DNA from: Lama glama
Taxonomy: Eukaryota
DNA length: 64,000 nucleotides
Assembly (NCBI GenBank): GCA_028534125.1
Contig: CM052817.1
Span: 63,180,001-63,244,000 of the forward strand
Direction: 5' to 3'
Positions within the stretch are counted from its first letter, which is position 1; every line of letters begins with the position of its first letter. Made by a program: the position numbers and the translations under genes. Positions 1-14,768 of this stretch are shown here, piece after piece. The notes beneath the pieces were generated by a model. The model was not told the DNA's origin and searched no databases. It saw nothing but the letters and a program-made list of their open reading frames with translations.

Positions 1-805
1 TGAACTATTAAGAGTCCTATGCCATGGACCATCCCTTCTGTCACCCTGAAACAACCTATTATTCTTGACAGTACATTTTTGAGCTATATATCAAATCTAA
101 GACAAGCTGACTTGCCTGAAAATGGCTGTACCAAAGCACAGAGAAGCCAAGGAAATGGTGAATAGAAACACACATATCAGAAGAAGATGCCCAAAGTGTC
201 TTCCAAAGAGTCTGCCATTGGAAAACTCATTCCTCAAGAAACAGTGGCAGAACTATCAGTGTGAATAGTGTGCGATTTATTTTATACATCGTGTTCTTCT
301 GATTATGGTGTCATCAGTTTCTAGTATAACTGAAAACATATTTTCTAGACACCTAACAGGAAAAACAAAGTTCTACAGCCAATTCCTCCAGCAAAAAGTT
401 TGTTATTATTCTTTATCAAAATTCATCCAACCTAAAATGAGATTAACTTTGTGTTATACAAATTAAAAATTTAATTCTTTTCAAAATAATGATTCTATAT
501 AAGAAAATGATTATTTTCATGATATAAGTTACCAAAATGTCAAATCCTTATGCTCTTTTAATACTTGAATCCTTCACAGACTTATACAATTGAATCCTAA
601 AAAAATACTAAACACACACATGTTAACTGGTAGGTTGAACAAACATGACTAAAAGAAATATAATCAGTACAACTTTATAAGCTCTCATTGCCCTTTCAAA
701 ATGTATTCAGAGAAAAATTTTCTTATTGTCAACTCTTTAAAAAGTTATAAAATCACTTTATTCCACAGAAACCCTCCAAATTATTCAGTTAGAAATATCC
801 AGCAC

Positions 806-906
806 TGAGATGGGGTATAGCTCAGTGGTAGAGCACATGCTTAGTATGCGCAAGATCCTGGGTATAGTCCCTAGTACTGTCACTGAAAAATGAAAAAAGA
901 AGAAGA
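806..906 (+). mobile_element. tRNA(Ala-like)-derived SINE, camelid type
   Basis: ggggtatagctcagtggtagagcacatgcttagtatgcgcaagatcctgggtatagtccctagtact has an A-box, a degenerate B-box and an A-rich tail. 15-bp TSD agaaatatccagcac (791-805) / agaaacttccagcac (907-921). Confidence 0.85.
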
Positions 907-1642
907 AGAAACTTCCAGCACAGTAGCTTAAATCTTCATGACTCATTGAAAAGTAAAGTTCCTGGCCACTTTTCTCCACAACCCCTAACCACCCGACCCC
1001 TCACCAGCAGCAGCCTCTTTTTTCACAAAGGGGTATGGTTAGCTTTTTCCCTTTATTCTGCTCATAATCCTACCTCAAGCTTTTAGTCTTTCTTGGGTTA
1101 GATTTTGGGAAAAATGGAACATAGAAAATTTGTATTAGCTGGTACTATGATAAGGTAATCTTTATGTTCTTTGAGCTTGACATAGATTGAAAATTGAATC
1201 CTGGTCTCAGAGTTGCTTTCCTGGAAACCTCCAAGAATGGTTACTGGGATCCTCTGGATAGTACCTGAGTGAACCATACAATCTGTCGTATGTCTGTCCT
1301 GTCCCAGCTACCTCCTCATGCCCTTCCCCCTCTGCCCACCATTCCTCTACTCTTAGCTTTCTAGCTGCCTATTCTCACATAGATTCTTGGACAGGATTCA
1401 AGAGGGCTCCATTCCTGCAAGCATTTTTCTGTGGCCCATATTTTTTTTCATGGCCAATTCTTACAGGTCCTCTCTTCTTCTGAAAAAGAGTAGGCCACCA
1501 TTCTGCTGTTCAGATCATTCTGGCCTTCTTACCCTGTGTCTGGCACAACTTCTAAGTTTCCAGTGTGGCCATATTCTCTGGGTGGTCCTTTTGAAGTCCC
1601 TCTAAATGGCTGATGATTAGATTAAGTCCCTTTACTCTTAAG

Positions 1643-1780
1643 AGATAAAATACAAGACTCTCCGCTAAATATTAACTTCAGATAAACAACAAATAATGCA
1701 GCATCTAGGATAAACTTATACAGAAGTTATTATTTACCTGAATTTTGAATTTAACTGGGTATTCTGTATTTTATCTGGTT
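1643..1780. mobile_element. MER53-like palindromic hAT MITE
   Basis: Self-complementary arms: agataaaatacaaga...ttcagataaacaac versus ttatttacctgaattttgaatttaactgggtattctgtattttatctgg. Matches the recalled MER53 consensus. Confidence 0.75.
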
Positions 1781-4700
1781 ACTTGATCCACCCTTCCCTT
1801 GTGACTGAGTAGGACATAACAGCACCTCTCTCCAACAAATCCTTTCCATGTTTCACTCCAACTTCCCTCTTCATCTGGGCTATACCACTAACAGGTAGAG
1901 GCAGAGAACTTAGTTCTTGAGTATTTCTCATGACTAGTACATTTTGGTATATCCAATTCATTAAATATCAAAAATCTATCTTACTTCAGCATCTCAGTTG
2001 AAGCTTTAAATTTAGCTTCCTATTTAATAAATGTGATATATTGTAATTTTATGGATATTTTTAAATTCTCTAAAATTTTCATGTATTTTAAAACACACTG
2101 TGTAGCCATTTATTATTAGGATAGTCTTTGATTATAATAATAACTTTATATATGTATTTTATTTTTATTTATATATTTATATATATTTTGTGTTTATGTA
2201 CATTTATATTATTACATTTATAAAGCTTATAATTTATATAAAAATCATAATTTTTAACCTAATGTCTCAATTCTCCAGGAATTGCAACAGCAGCCCCATT
2301 CTTTCTGGTATTGTCCCTTTCCTTGTTACAACCATGATCTTCTACGACTCTGTTCTTTAGTCCCTTTGACTGGCCCAGGATGGTACTATGACCCAAGTTA
2401 AGCAAACTTGAGTCACAGTCACAGTCATAGTCAAGCCAGTAGTTGTCCACTGGTAATTTATACCAAATTTCAGAAAAAAAAAACTCAACTTTACCATATG
2501 AAATTTGGAAGTTGTCATTAATCATATTTCTTACTTTCTAGAGATAATGGAATTTTAATAACAGTTACAGGGGCATCTGAGGCTCTGTTCTATTTATTTC
2601 TGAGGTCTACATGCCATTCTTGATCTTCTCACATATCAGATGTTTAAATTTTCTTTGTTCTTTAGACTGATAAATTACACTTTTTGTCTAATCTAGTTGG
2701 ACTTAGGATTTCCCTACCTTACAATCAATAGACTGCTTAAATGTTGCAATTGAATTTATATTTTAATATTGTGTCCAGTGAAATACTATGAAGACTTTTA
2801 CAAAATGTCATAAGCTAGGGAAGATGACAGGTTTAAAATAGATTAACTAATATAAATTGATCCTATTTTAGGAATATAGTTAGAAGAGAGCGAAACAAAC
2901 GAGCATCACAATAAACACAGTTAATATTTGAAGACATCCCACATAGATATTCAATCCATACACAAAATATTTATAAAACCATAATAGAAATGGAAGGTTA
3001 TATCTGAGTGGAATTATAATTAACTAAGATAAGAAGATAAGAACTAAGAGTGTAAGTTCTAAAAGTTCTTAAACAGATCATCGGTCTTAGTAAAACATTT
3101 TTTTAAATTTTATTTTACATAAGGAATTAAAATCAGAATGAAATTCCCTGCATCTGTGAATATTGATCAATGGTACTGTTCAACATTTCTGTGTTGTTTT
3201 TGTTGCTAAACAACACTTTTCACAATGGCAAGCAGATGATGAAAAAGTACAGTTACCTACTTTATCTTCATTTTAGCATTATATCCACTCTTAGGTTCTA
3301 AGAAATATTTGGGCAAAAGGTTTGGTCTTCTATTCATTGCCTTTTTCTTAGCTTTCCCCTTATTTCTTTAATGTCCTTGCAATAGCTTCCTAATGCCCTT
3401 ATGCTGTCCTATTTTCTATGGCACAGATACTTAACCGGTTACTTCTGTACTAGTCCTGACTCTTAAGTCTAAACCTCCACTGTATATTATCATTCACAAT
3501 AGGTAGCACATCACCACATAATCAGGTGTGAATCAGGTAAATCACCTTTATTGACATTCAACTAAAGTGTCTTCTTTCACAAGCAACACACTGAGAGTGT
3601 AATTTTTGTCTATTTTACAACACTTATTATTTCCATTTTTATGTCATTCTACTCATAGTTTCTAAACAGAGGGAAAATTGTTGCTTCTTTTAGATCTACT
3701 AGTTTTCAATAAAGCTCACATAATTTTTGTGAAAGGATTTTAATTTATAGAATTAACATATAACTATAATTCATTTAATATTTATCAAGCTTTTATTATA
3801 TATCTTCCTTCAGAGGTTGTATAATCATAAAAGAAATAGAAAACAGGATCCAAGGTGATATAAAAACACATATATTTTAAACATGGTAGAAAGTCGCAAA
3901 TAATTCAACTGAAAAAAAGAGGTATAAAAATACCTGTATTCTGTGGAAACCAATTTGCAGCTGTGAATATTTTTCTGTGCTCATATTCATTTTAAAAATC
4001 AAGAAAAATATAATTATAAAAACATGGAGCCCTCTAAGAAGAATTTTGGCTCTGAAAGTATAATAGAGGGGAAAGAGGTGATGGGTAATGGCATATTCAA
4101 AAAAGAAAAGAAAGAAAGAAAACAAAACAAAATATCTAGTTAAACACAAGGAGGGAATCAGATTCTACAGTGGGGGTAAACTTAACATTAATCTCCTTGA
4201 CATGTGAAAATCACAACTGGGGATGGGGCATAGTCCAGTTAGCAAAGTATTTACTGTTATTGTCATTATAATATTACTGCAATATGAATATAAAAGATAA
4301 TAGCGGTCATAAGAAGGGACTCTGAAAGGGCCAGACTTTAACATTAATGAACTAAGGTGAGAGGCAGAGTTCTCCTTGAGAGACCAAGCATTAGGAACTC
4401 ATCCTTTAGTTAAGTAATTAACCTAGCAGCAGGCTGTACACTGAGACTACTTATTTCAAAGCAAAAAATAAAGCAGGTAGCAAGGATGGGCTATTATGTA
4501 CATTGCATTTAATTTCTCACACTATACTTGAAAAGAGAAGAATTCAAGGTTATTTTACTTGTAAATTAAGCTAGTTAATTTCACGTACATTAAATTTAAA
4601 AAAAGAAAAAATTAAAAAAAGAAAAAAGTTGCCTATCTGCATATTCTATATAAGAAAAGATTTATACTCATATTTCTCTTATTTATTTAGCTGTTAGATA

Positions 4701-5319
4701 ACAAAGTATTCTAATTTCTACTTTGAATTTTAAAAATTATTATAAAGTTGATAAATTATATCTCAGTGGAATGTTGAAGGGAGCATGGTTGTCTTTTTAA
4801 TATTTTGCCTTTAAGGAGCCACTCCTTCTATATATATGTCTGGACCTGGGTCATGCAGTCATGGTGACTTTCCCTGCCTGTATCTCACCCCAACCTTCAT
4901 TACCTGGCTCCAACAAATGGTGATCATATGAACCACAATGACCAATGATGGGGGGCCACCTTATACAGTTTGTTGTGCCTAAGGATGTCTGGCCAAGACA
5001 GTGAGTGGGACCTGAAATCTAGCCATGCTTCTCTGCCCAAGCTGTGCACCTTGGCATGGGGTCTACATGCCCGGAGAAAGGTCACCTTTTTCTGATTCTC
5101 ATAAAGGCTCCATCTGCTTGCCAAGCTGTTTACCTGCAGGGCTGCCTCTACCTAGTAGGGAGATCATTTGCTCATTTGTACAAAGGCTGTGGAGCCATAT
5201 GGGCTAAGAGAGACCCTGCCAATGAGAGAACTCCACACCCTTACCTCAGTGACTGTTCCATGGACAGATCCAAGCTCAAAGAATTCTCCCCTGAACTTTT
5301 ATTTGACTGTTAGCTTGAA

Positions 5320-5600
5320 GTATTGCATTTCATGGATAGGGCTGCTAAACTGAAAGGATAGTCACAGCCATATTCCCCACTATTTGCAGAGTGTATTTGC
5401 AGCATTAAGCAAACACAAGGAAGAATGAGAGCTGAGAGATGGAAAATAAGAGAACAAGCTCCGGTTTGAACTCCTGGTTCCAGCCCTCACTGAAATCTCT
5501 ACCAGCATTTCCCAGAGACAAGAGCCAATGGATTCTTTCTTAATTAACTTGATGCAAGTTGAGTTTCTCTCATGTTCAAATGAAAGAGTTCTGATATACG
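5320..5600 (+). mobile_element. Old MaLR LTR 3' part (MLT1J/L-like)
   Basis: Typical MLT1 3' end: gagccaatggattctttctt...gttgagtttctctcatgttcaaatgaaagagttctgatatac. Confidence 0.5.
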
Positions 5601-6579
5601 CTGGTGGGTATACTGATTAGTTCAGTTGTTGTAATTCACTGGAAAGGATGTTGTGCATAATGGAATCCTACTAATCTCCCCCTAATAGCAGTGCTCTGGT
5701 TACTTTACATAACAAGCATCTGTTGCCTTTCAGCTTGAACTTGTATGTAAAGGCTGATGTTTTCAAAGTAAATGATTGATAACAGTAGAATAAAGTTAGT
5801 CAAGAAAGAATCTGTGAAGATAGATGAGTGCTTTTGTCTAATCCCAAAATAATGAAGCTGGATTGGCAAAAGAATGAAATGGAAAATTCCTCAATTTGAG
5901 GGAACAGCATGAGCAAAGGTACAAAAGAGCAAGTTAGAGACATGTATTATGACTCTCTTAAATGTCAAATGAATTAATTTATTAGCTAACTACTGAAAGT
6001 CTCCATGGATAGTCTGGAATCAGGATCTTCTGGATTCATATTTAGATATGACTGTCAGGAATTTATCTCTCTTCACTCTCCTCTCTCCTTGGAAAGAGAC
6101 AGCTCCCTCTCTGTTACTCCAGCAAGTCTTAGAAGTAGTTATGATTGCATAGTTATGCTGCTTAGGCCATAAATCCAACCTTCATTTGATCTGATTGGCC
6201 AGGGAAATATAAGGTTCTGATTAGTACTGCCTGGAGCTGAGGGTGGAGGAAGCACCACATGACCAAACACATTGCTAAGTGTTTGCACAAGGAAGGAGGG
6301 GGAGCCATTACTATAAAAAGGAAAGTAGAAGTTGAATAGGGAAATATCCAACGTCCAAAGAAGAGAGTTAGTTGACTGGCTAGGTAACAAGGAGTAAATC
6401 TATTAGACAGCATGAAAAATTAGATTGCATAAATGAGGGGGCCAAGTTAGAAATATTGGAGTGGTTTAAATGTGAGGTATTTGAACATCAGTCAGTATTG
6501 CACATATAAATGGAGTTTACACACAGCAACATATTCTGCACTGGAGAAATATCTGTGGAAAGGTGTGCCTCTTTTGAAT

Positions 6580-6712
6580 AGGGATTTCATGTAATTTATT
6601 TTCCAAGATGGGAGACTTTTGAGAGTAAAAGTGGGTAGTCTTAATGATTATATTGGAATAAGAGGCATAAATTGGCACTTTACACCGGAAACCTGGGGCA
6701 AATGGTCACTCA
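6580..6712. mobile_element. MER94-like hAT MITE
   Basis: agggatttcatgtaatttattttccaagatgggagacttttgagagtaaaagtgg...atggtcact follows the recalled MER94 consensus. Confidence 0.6.
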
Positions 6713-7021
6713 TTTTCCCAGCAAGGAGGTCAGAAAGAGTGGCTTATACGCACATCCATGTGTATTGCCCTTTGACCCTATTACCATAGACAGAATCAAT
6801 TCCAAGCATCTGTGACTAACCTTAAGGCAGTCACCTATAAATGAGCATAAGAGGGACCAGGTGATTGGCAAGAAAATCTGTGTCAGAATGAAATATTTGA
6901 TCAGATGGTAATCTACAAAGCCAATTGGATCCTTTCCCTCAAGAAATGTTAGATGCAAGATACATGGAGCAAGATTAGTTGGAATGAAGCTGAATGTAAA
7001 AGAAACTCACAAATTATGCAG

Positions 7022-7470
7022 TGTATTAGTTGGTGTGGGCTAATGTTCTATAAAAGATAGACACAAATATATTTGTCTCAACAAATAGAAATCGTACCTC
7101 ACTTCTGCAACAGTCCAAAGTAAAAGTAAGCATTCCCAGTCAATGGGAAGCTCTATTCACACAGAAATTCTAAGAGTAAGACTTTTCCACTTTGTGGCTT
7201 GGTTGTCCCCAAATTGTGGATCACTCTCTAACCATCAGGAAGGATAGATAAGGCACTGCATAAACCAAAGAGTTTTTCTTAAAAGTCTCGGCCTAGAATG
7301 GCTCACATGATTTCCATTCACTTTCTGTTGATGAGAACTAAGCACAGGAGACAACTGTAACTACAAGCAAGGAAGGGAATAGGGTTCTTTCCTTGGGAAA
7401 GGTAGTATGCCTGGGACACCTGTATACCAAGCAAGGGACATTTACAAGACTACCAGTGGTCTTTGTCCCA
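7022..7470 (-). mobile_element. Old MaLR LTR (MLT1I/J-like)
   Basis: Starts tgtattagtt...; internal ttccactttgtggct and cacatgatttccattcactttctgttgatgagaactaagcac motifs are typical of MLT1. Confidence 0.55.
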
Positions 7471-7759
7471 GGCTGTAAGCAGCACCCTCAGCAAACAACC
7501 TGAGAGGTGGAGAGACAGACAGTTGCGCGTGGATTAGAAATGGACATTCGGGTAATAAGCAGAGAGACAGAAATGTTGACTGAGCCTTTTCAGTCCAGGC
7601 CCCATAATCTGGGGTTTGAAGGACTTTCTCCTGACCTGCTCCCTTGGTTACAACAGGGTCACTATGTGCTTACACATGATAATATGAGGGAAACTATCAC
7701 TCTGTGACCTGATCAAGCTTAAGATCCACCACTTTAAACTTCTCAAGCAACACTGTCTA

Positions 7760-9330
7760 CCTTTATGGCTTCAACTGCACTTTTCATGATGATGATTCCC
7801 TTGTTTATTTCTCCAGGACAGATTTCTCTCTCAAGCTCCAGCCTGTCATACCTGGGAGTACTGCACAGCTCTACTATATCTCATAAACAACCAACTTGGC
7901 ATTCCAACACTGAATTTATCACTCATTCTCCTCCAGCCTGCTCCTCTTGTCTTTGCGTCTCAGTAAATAGCACTACCATTCATCTGGATGTTCAGATGGG
8001 AAACTTGAATCATCTTTTTTTTCTCACCCTTCATAGAACTGATAAGGACTGGAGCTCACCTCTTTCTATGGCTGGAGTCCACTCACACTTCTCTAGTCCT
8101 ACTGCAGGTTTCATAGCCCAGGTCATCCCTTCTCACCCAGATTTTCACAGGAGCCATTCTAACTATTCCTCCTGCCACCAGTTTTGCCTTTCTATTTATT
8201 CTTTACACATCAGCCAAAGTGATAACTCTACAGTAGACATATAACTAAGTCACAAGTCTTACTTAAAGTAATTTTTGCCATTGTTTCCAGAATAACTCTT
8301 ACCATAATATAGCCTATAAGGCCCTTTTATCAGTCAAGTTCAAATCAGAAACAGAATCCACACGTTAATTCAAAAGAGGAAAGTGAATATAATGAACAAT
8401 TACAAAGGAATTGCGAGAAATAAAAAGAAACAGAGGAGATGCTGAAAAAAGCAGAAACTGGCAACAGTAGGAAGCCACTACCACTCTAGGGTGGTGTAAA
8501 TAAAGAAAATAAGTAATGTTATCAGAATTCAGAGTCAGGAATTCCTGGAAGAAAATGTAACTTCTGCAGGAATTTGTCTGACAGGAGCTGGGACCATGGT
8601 GAGGAGGGTCTGGTGAAACATGGAATCACAAAGAAGATGCAGCCTCTGCAAAGAAAGAAAGGAAGGAAGGAAGGAAGAAAGAAAGAAACACAACCTGGCT
8701 TCCCTTCTCCTACTCTGCACTCTAGTGCCTTCCATACTGAACTTACCTAGAAGCCAACAGGCAAGGGAGCATGAGTGATGCACTTTACAGAACATAAGAA
8801 AGTTAGGAAATGAATGTGCACAACTTCATATTCTATCTTTCTAGCCTCAGCCCTGATACTGCTGACTCCCCTGCATCTATGCACTTCACCCAAGGAATCT
8901 CATTTCAGTTTCCCAGCATAGTCTCTTTATTTTCTCTGCATTTGTACACCCTACTACCCCAATTCAGAGAAGTCAGAAAAGAAGTCACCCTTTTGCCTTT
9001 CTCCAATTGCCAGAATATCCCCAGCGATGCTTTGAGCCTTAGTTTAAGTACCACTCTTCTGGAAAGTCTATTTAGGTCCCTTTATCTCTGAACTAGATGC
9101 CCTTAACATATAAGCTCTTATTTACTAGCCTGTAAATTCCCATTAGAGCATTTATAACAAAAATTAAAACATGATATAAAAATAGACTATGGTTTCTAAT
9201 TTACTTGTCTATATCCTGAGCCAGTTTATAAATTCTGTGAGAGTAGGAGTCCCATACCTGCTAGTCATCACAGCACTCAGGAGATGCTCAACAAGTATCT
9301 GTTAACTGAGTGTGTGGATCAACAGATGAA
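7760..9330 (+). mobile_element. L2 LINE 3' region, interrupted at ~8325-8820
   Basis: L2 motifs ctcagtaaatagcactaccattcatc and cagccaaagtgat, plus the 3' terminus cacagcactcaggagatgctcaacaagtatcttgttaactgagtg. Confidence 0.7.
8325..8820 (-). mobile_element. Old LTR element nested in L2 (family uncertain)
   Basis: tatcagtcaagttcaaatcagaaacagaatccac start and gaagccactaccactctaggg motif. It interrupts the L2 and contains (GGAA)n/(GAAA)n at ~8650-8690. Confidence 0.45.
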
Positions 9331-11199
9331 GTGGAGAGTCAGGGAATGGCAGAAGCTGAAGGGAGAAGTGCTGGTCCCTGCTCTGGGCGACCACAGGAAT
9401 TGAGGTGAGGACCTCACTGTTCTTAAATTGTGAAAGATGAAGGACATTGTTCAAGGTTTCCATGATTTCTAAATGTGTGACTGCTATTTCGGCTTTAGGC
9501 TACCTTATTTCACCTCAACCCTTACAATAACTTTCTTATTCCTCAACTTAGGCAATATACACCTTACTATATTAATATAAAGGAGAAAGATACAAGAAAT
9601 CAGAAGCTCAGCTAAACGGCTATTGTGGAAATCTAGGTATGCGTTTATAGGAGAAATAAATTAAATATGAGAAAAGAGGAATAATGAAGGTATTATTTAA
9701 ACATGGAAATAGTTTAATTTGGAAATAATTCTGTGAAGAGTAATCAGAGAAGGCCATGTTTACTTGGGGAATTATTAAAAACATTTATTCCAATGTGATC
9801 TGGTTTAGATACGTCTTTTTTTTTAACAATAAAGGAGCACTCATTTAGATTTGGACTCATTTGTGAGAAAACAACAAAAAGATTAGCTAACGAAAAGCTA
9901 ATACTACCACATTCTGGAAGAAAAATGTACATAGCTCACTAATAGTTATTGTAAATACAATATATACAACAAATTACAAATAAGAGACAGAACAGTTTTG
10001 GTTTTAGTCATAATTTTCTCAGCCACAGTAAGTCGGGCGGTATCTCTGGCCTCATCTCTATCCCTCCTCTTTCCACATACAGACTCTGCTGCCGGAATCT
10101 GAGACAACTCCCCTAGGAAGCGCTGTTATCACTCTCTGTCGGAATGATCACCTTTCAGTATGCTGGTGCATTTGTCTGCAGTTTTTTCCATTTTAGCTCA
10201 TAGATGATTTCTTCCCTTGCCACACAGATTTGTTCTTGCCTGCTCTATTTTTATACCTAATTTCTGTTACACAAATTTATGATGATGAAACCCTTCAGGG
10301 TTTCTAGTGTGACTGACTTAATACGTAAATGTGCTATGCTTGTAATTTCTTTTGTGTTGGAGGGGATTTCAATTACCCCTATCTGTGAGTAGAACATCTT
10401 CTGGAGTAGTCCATGAGGAACATGTCTTGATATACAAGCCTTTTTCCAGTGGCTTCTTGTCTCTATGCTATAGTTATTAACTTGAGCAACTAGAGATAAA
10501 ACCTCTTGCTCTGTAATAAAACTCTGCCTCACTAGGTCTTTGCCTGCTGTATACTGGTTCCATATATTCTCAATATTAAATAAAAAAGCAAAGGAAAATT
10601 GAAGTAGGATATGTTTACAAAAGATTACAGGGTTCAGTCATGAAAAATAACAACATAGGTATGATATAGGGTTTTCTATGTTTTCGAACAAAAAGTACTT
10701 GAACAAATTTGTCACTAAATCTTTTCTTGAGAAAAGGGATATTCAAAATCAATAACATATAATGCCTTAAAATATAAATTTATTGACTTCCTTTTTATTT
10801 AAATATAAAATAAATAATTATGTTACTTGTAGAATACCTGAATAGTTTGAAACTGGCTTTATGAAAAATAAAATAGGCCCTCAAATAAGAGAAAGTGACC
10901 TAGAAGTATAGGTAGAGGTCAGCTGGCATGATTTCCCAAGAAAAATTCTTATATCTCAGATATCTAGTCATCCAATTACCCACACAATTGACCACAAAGC
11001 AATTGTGTAGCTGAGAAAATAAATAATAAATAAAAATATAACCGCAAGAGTTCATAGCTGGAGTTCACAGTCAGACTGGAGTTCTACTGATGAAGCTTAT
11101 TTTATGATGGTCTGTGAATAAGAAAAAATACATTTTCCAAACACAAGCATGGCCATGTCACCCGAAAATTCTGTCTAGACAGAAGCCACAGAAAATTCT

Positions 11200-11750
11200 T
11201 ATCTAATGAAGAGAAATACACTTACCTCATAGGGTTGTTGTGAGGATTAGATAACATAAAGTATACACAGAAACTGTTATGGGTTGAATTGTGTTCCTCC
11301 ACAATTCATACTGGAATCCTAACCCTCAGTATCTCAGAATGTGATCTTATCTGGTAGTAGGGTTGTTGCAGATGTCATTAGTTAAACTAAGATGAGGTCA
11401 TACTGGAGTTGGGTGGACCCCTACTTCAACAGAATGATGTCCTGTAGAAAGGCAGATGAAGGCAGGAAGCGCCTTATCTTCTACAAACCAAGAAAGGACA
11501 AAGATTGCCAGCAAACTATCAGAAGCTAGGAGATAAGCATGGGACGGATTCTTCTTCACAGGTCTCAGAAGGAACCAATCCAGCAGTACCTTGATCTCAG
11601 ACTTCTGCCTCTATAACTGTGAGACAATGTATTACTGTTGTTTAAGCCTCCCACTCTGTAGTATTTTGTTACGGCAGCCTTAGTAAACTAACATAGCAGC
11701 TAAGAGTGACTGGCACAAAGTGGAGGTTTAACTGATGCCAGTGCCTCAGT
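11200..11750 (+). mobile_element. MIR split by an MLT1 LTR
   Basis: MIR core acctcatagggttgttgtgaggatta before 11275. MIR tail agagtgactggcacaaagtg resumes after 11695. Confidence 0.7.
11275..11695 (+). mobile_element. MaLR solo LTR (MLT1B/C-like)
   Basis: tgttatgggttgaattgtgttcctcc...agatgaggtcatactggag...ttgttacggcagccttagtaaactaac. Confidence 0.85.
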
Positions 11751-13000
11751 GATACTCTCCTGTGAGCACATTCATGAAAATAAAGGGATATAGCAGTAGA
11801 TTCTTGTGTAAAGGGATACAGTAGTATATTAAGTGTTGCAATAAAAGTTTCATAGCAATTTTGAGGGCAATTCCTAATCTCTATTCTAGTTTCCTGGAGG
11901 ACAAAGGGGAGCAAGGCAGGAATCTGAGACCAAGGGAACTGAGACATTTGTCAGGGACCCTAACAAAGCACTCATAATACAGGAATTCAGCCGTTCATCC
12001 AATTGACAAGAATGACCTTTGGACATAAGGAAGAATGAAAAATTTTGGTATTGGAATTAGGGTCATGTTAGTCATTCATCATTTCTAGAGTATCCATCAT
12101 ATGTTCAAGCATTTTGCTAGGTGCAGAGGGCACAAGAATAAATGACTCCTGGCTTTCATGTTCAAGAGCTAACAGCCTACTTGGGAGGAAGTCATAAAAA
12201 TGTCATATAAAATACCATTGGGATATAAAGTAGAAATGATTGGTAATAAGTAAAATTATTCCATACATACTGAGGATTCAGATGTGGCAGGAAACTGTAT
12301 GTCTACTGTTACCAGTTGTCAATATGAAGTTGTACTGAGCCATTAGAACACTTTCTAGGGTACCTTACTCTTGTTTGGATAGAACAGCTTTACTATTTGG
12401 GATAAACTGTCATCACTGGAACTGAGCAAAGATTGAGTGAAAGTCTGAATACATAAGTCATTGCAATATCCCTTCTCCAGAGCTTACTATGCGCCGGACA
12501 CCTAAGGCACATGTGCTTTTGGCAGCTGATTTACTGATCCTGCTGTCTAGCAGCATCTTTATTATAAGTGCAAACATTATTTATGCAGGCCTAGTTAGAA
12601 TATTCTCAGTTACCTTTCTTAAAAATTCTACAAAGTTAGATACTAAACTCAAAAGGTTTCTTCCAGTGACCCCCCTCCAAAGATTAGTTGCATTTAATTT
12701 ATAGGTATATAACAGAAGTTGTCATAACATATTATGGGTAGTCATTTCTATTTTTTTGTTTGTTTTTAAACACTGTATACAGTTGGGGGGAACTATTTTT
12801 GCACTTCTAAATGTGTTACTTCTTTAATAGCCCAATATATTGTTTCATGTGAAGGACCCTCAATGAGACAGGAGGGAAGGGAGCAGGGCACAACCACTGA
12901 AGTAATGACACAGCAATTGAGGACAGGACAAACTGGTTAGAACTAAGATGACACAAGACTGGACTTCTAGTAGATCTTGAGCCTCATGGCACACCAAAGA

Positions 13001-13518
13001 TGTTACTGGAGAACTGGTTCTTGTCTTCCACAGGAAAGAGTTCAAGAGCAAAGCACAGTGAAGTGAATAAAAGTTTATTCAAGGACATAAACACTCCACA
13101 GGCAGAATGTGGGCCATCTCAAAACATAAGAGGGAGAGAGGCCTTGAGGTGTGGGGGTGTTTAGTGTTAAGTAGATACACATTCCATAGACAGAGTGTGG
13201 GCTGTCTCTGAAGGCAGGAGAGAGTAACCATGAGGCACAGGGTTGTTAGCTTTTATGGGCTAAGAAATTTCACATGCTAACAAGTAGGAGTATTATTCCA
13301 ACTATGTTGGAGAAGGGGTGGGGATTGCCAGGAATTGGGCCCCTACCCAGTTTTTGGCTTTTTAAGGTCAGCCTGGGAAACTGTGGGTATGCTATAAGGC
13401 TCAAGTTCTACTGGAAGTCAAATCTTCTGCCATTTTGGGTCTAACCAATTTCTCTTGTCCTCAACTGCTGTGTCATTCCTTTAATGGTTGTATTCTGCTC
13501 TCTTTCTCTGCTGTCTCA
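13001..13518 (-). mobile_element. ERV1-type solo LTR
   Basis: Minus-strand TG...CA termini (tgaga...gtaaca) and a minus-strand AATAAA at ~13074. The 3' end (gacaagaacc...cagtaaca) resembles the LTRs at 27838 and 40356. Confidence 0.7.
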
Positions 13519-14768
13519 ACACCATGAAGCACATCCTCCTGTTTTGGGGGAATAATACAAGAATAAAACAAAATCAAGCCACAGAGGATAGAATCAGGAG
13601 CATACAGTGGCAGTCATTAAGCAGCTGCCTGGAAAGACGTAATTCTTGTTGCACAGAGCCTGCACTTGGTAGGAGGTGGGCATCCAGTGTTGATAGCACA
13701 CTGCAGTAGTCTAACAGTTTACACAGTTCAGAGGCATGCAGGTGGAGGTGGGGTGATGAGCTTGGCAACAGGTCATAAGGCTGGAAGCTGAGGGACAGTA
13801 CTCTGGTTTGGGGCCATGGAAGGAAAGCCTGGGATGTGCTGCAGGTGGTAAAAAAACAACTCCAGCTGTGGGAATTGGCAGAGGTGAAAAGGCAGGCAGA
13901 TGATCACATGGACCAGAAAAGAGAAGCAAAGAGTCATACCCCAGAGGATCAGGACCATATAAGTACAGAATACAGTTTAGATCCTCCCTAGATGAAAGGA
14001 TCTAGGTGAGAGGGGTGGCAACAAGTTGGAAGCAATGAGCAACAAAGGAACATGACTGCAATGGTGATGATAATATATATAGATTTCCTAAGGCAATGAG
14101 TCTAATATTCCTCCCGCCCTCCTTCTAGAGACTAAAATGGCCTCAGCCAAGTGGACGCCAGCAAAAACACCTAGTTAGAAGGGGTGTGGGGTTGCCAAGG
14201 CAGTTTGTGAAAAAAATACGTACATATTTAAAAAGAAAGGAGTAACATATAGTTTGCAAGTTGAGTTTTAATGATCGAATTTCAATAAACTTCTGGAAAT
14301 TTCTGATTCATGTTTAGCCTTATTAATATAATCATAATTCGTGCATGCAAGGCTATTACCACCCCTTGAAATATAGCTAACATGTCTCATTTACATTTTA
14401 TATGGAAAAAAAAAGATGCTGCTGCACGGTAGCAGATGCCATGCTTAACTGTCTCAAGAAACTCATTCTCTTTTCAGGCTAAATTCAGCTACTAAAATTT
14501 TATAGTCAAGCATTAAAATGCCTGGGGAAACAAAGGTACCGGGCAAAGATCCCAGCAGACATTGCTGGAAGCATGAGAGGGCAGGTGATCTTGAGTCTAA
14601 AGTAAAATGAAATCATGAATATAGATTTAGAACTACCCTTGAGTCATTAGGAAAACCAGAGAATCTCTACATATTTGAAATAATAAGCAAACATTTGATT
14701 AAAAGAGAAGATGTAAATAACTTTAAGTTGATTTTTAAAAATTGACTCAATATTAGTTTATTTTAGGA

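Noticed and set aside
811..880. Functional tRNA gene
   Set aside because: The T-loop/B-box is degenerate (gggtatagtccc), and the A-rich tail and TSD indicate a SINE.
7765..8244. 159-aa plus ORF
   Set aside because: Lies within a decayed L2; Ser/Leu-rich chance ORF.
10257..10532. 91-aa minus ORF (SFITEQEVLSLV..., faintly LINE-like)
   Set aside because: Similarity is limited to a few residues, with no supporting motifs or splice context.
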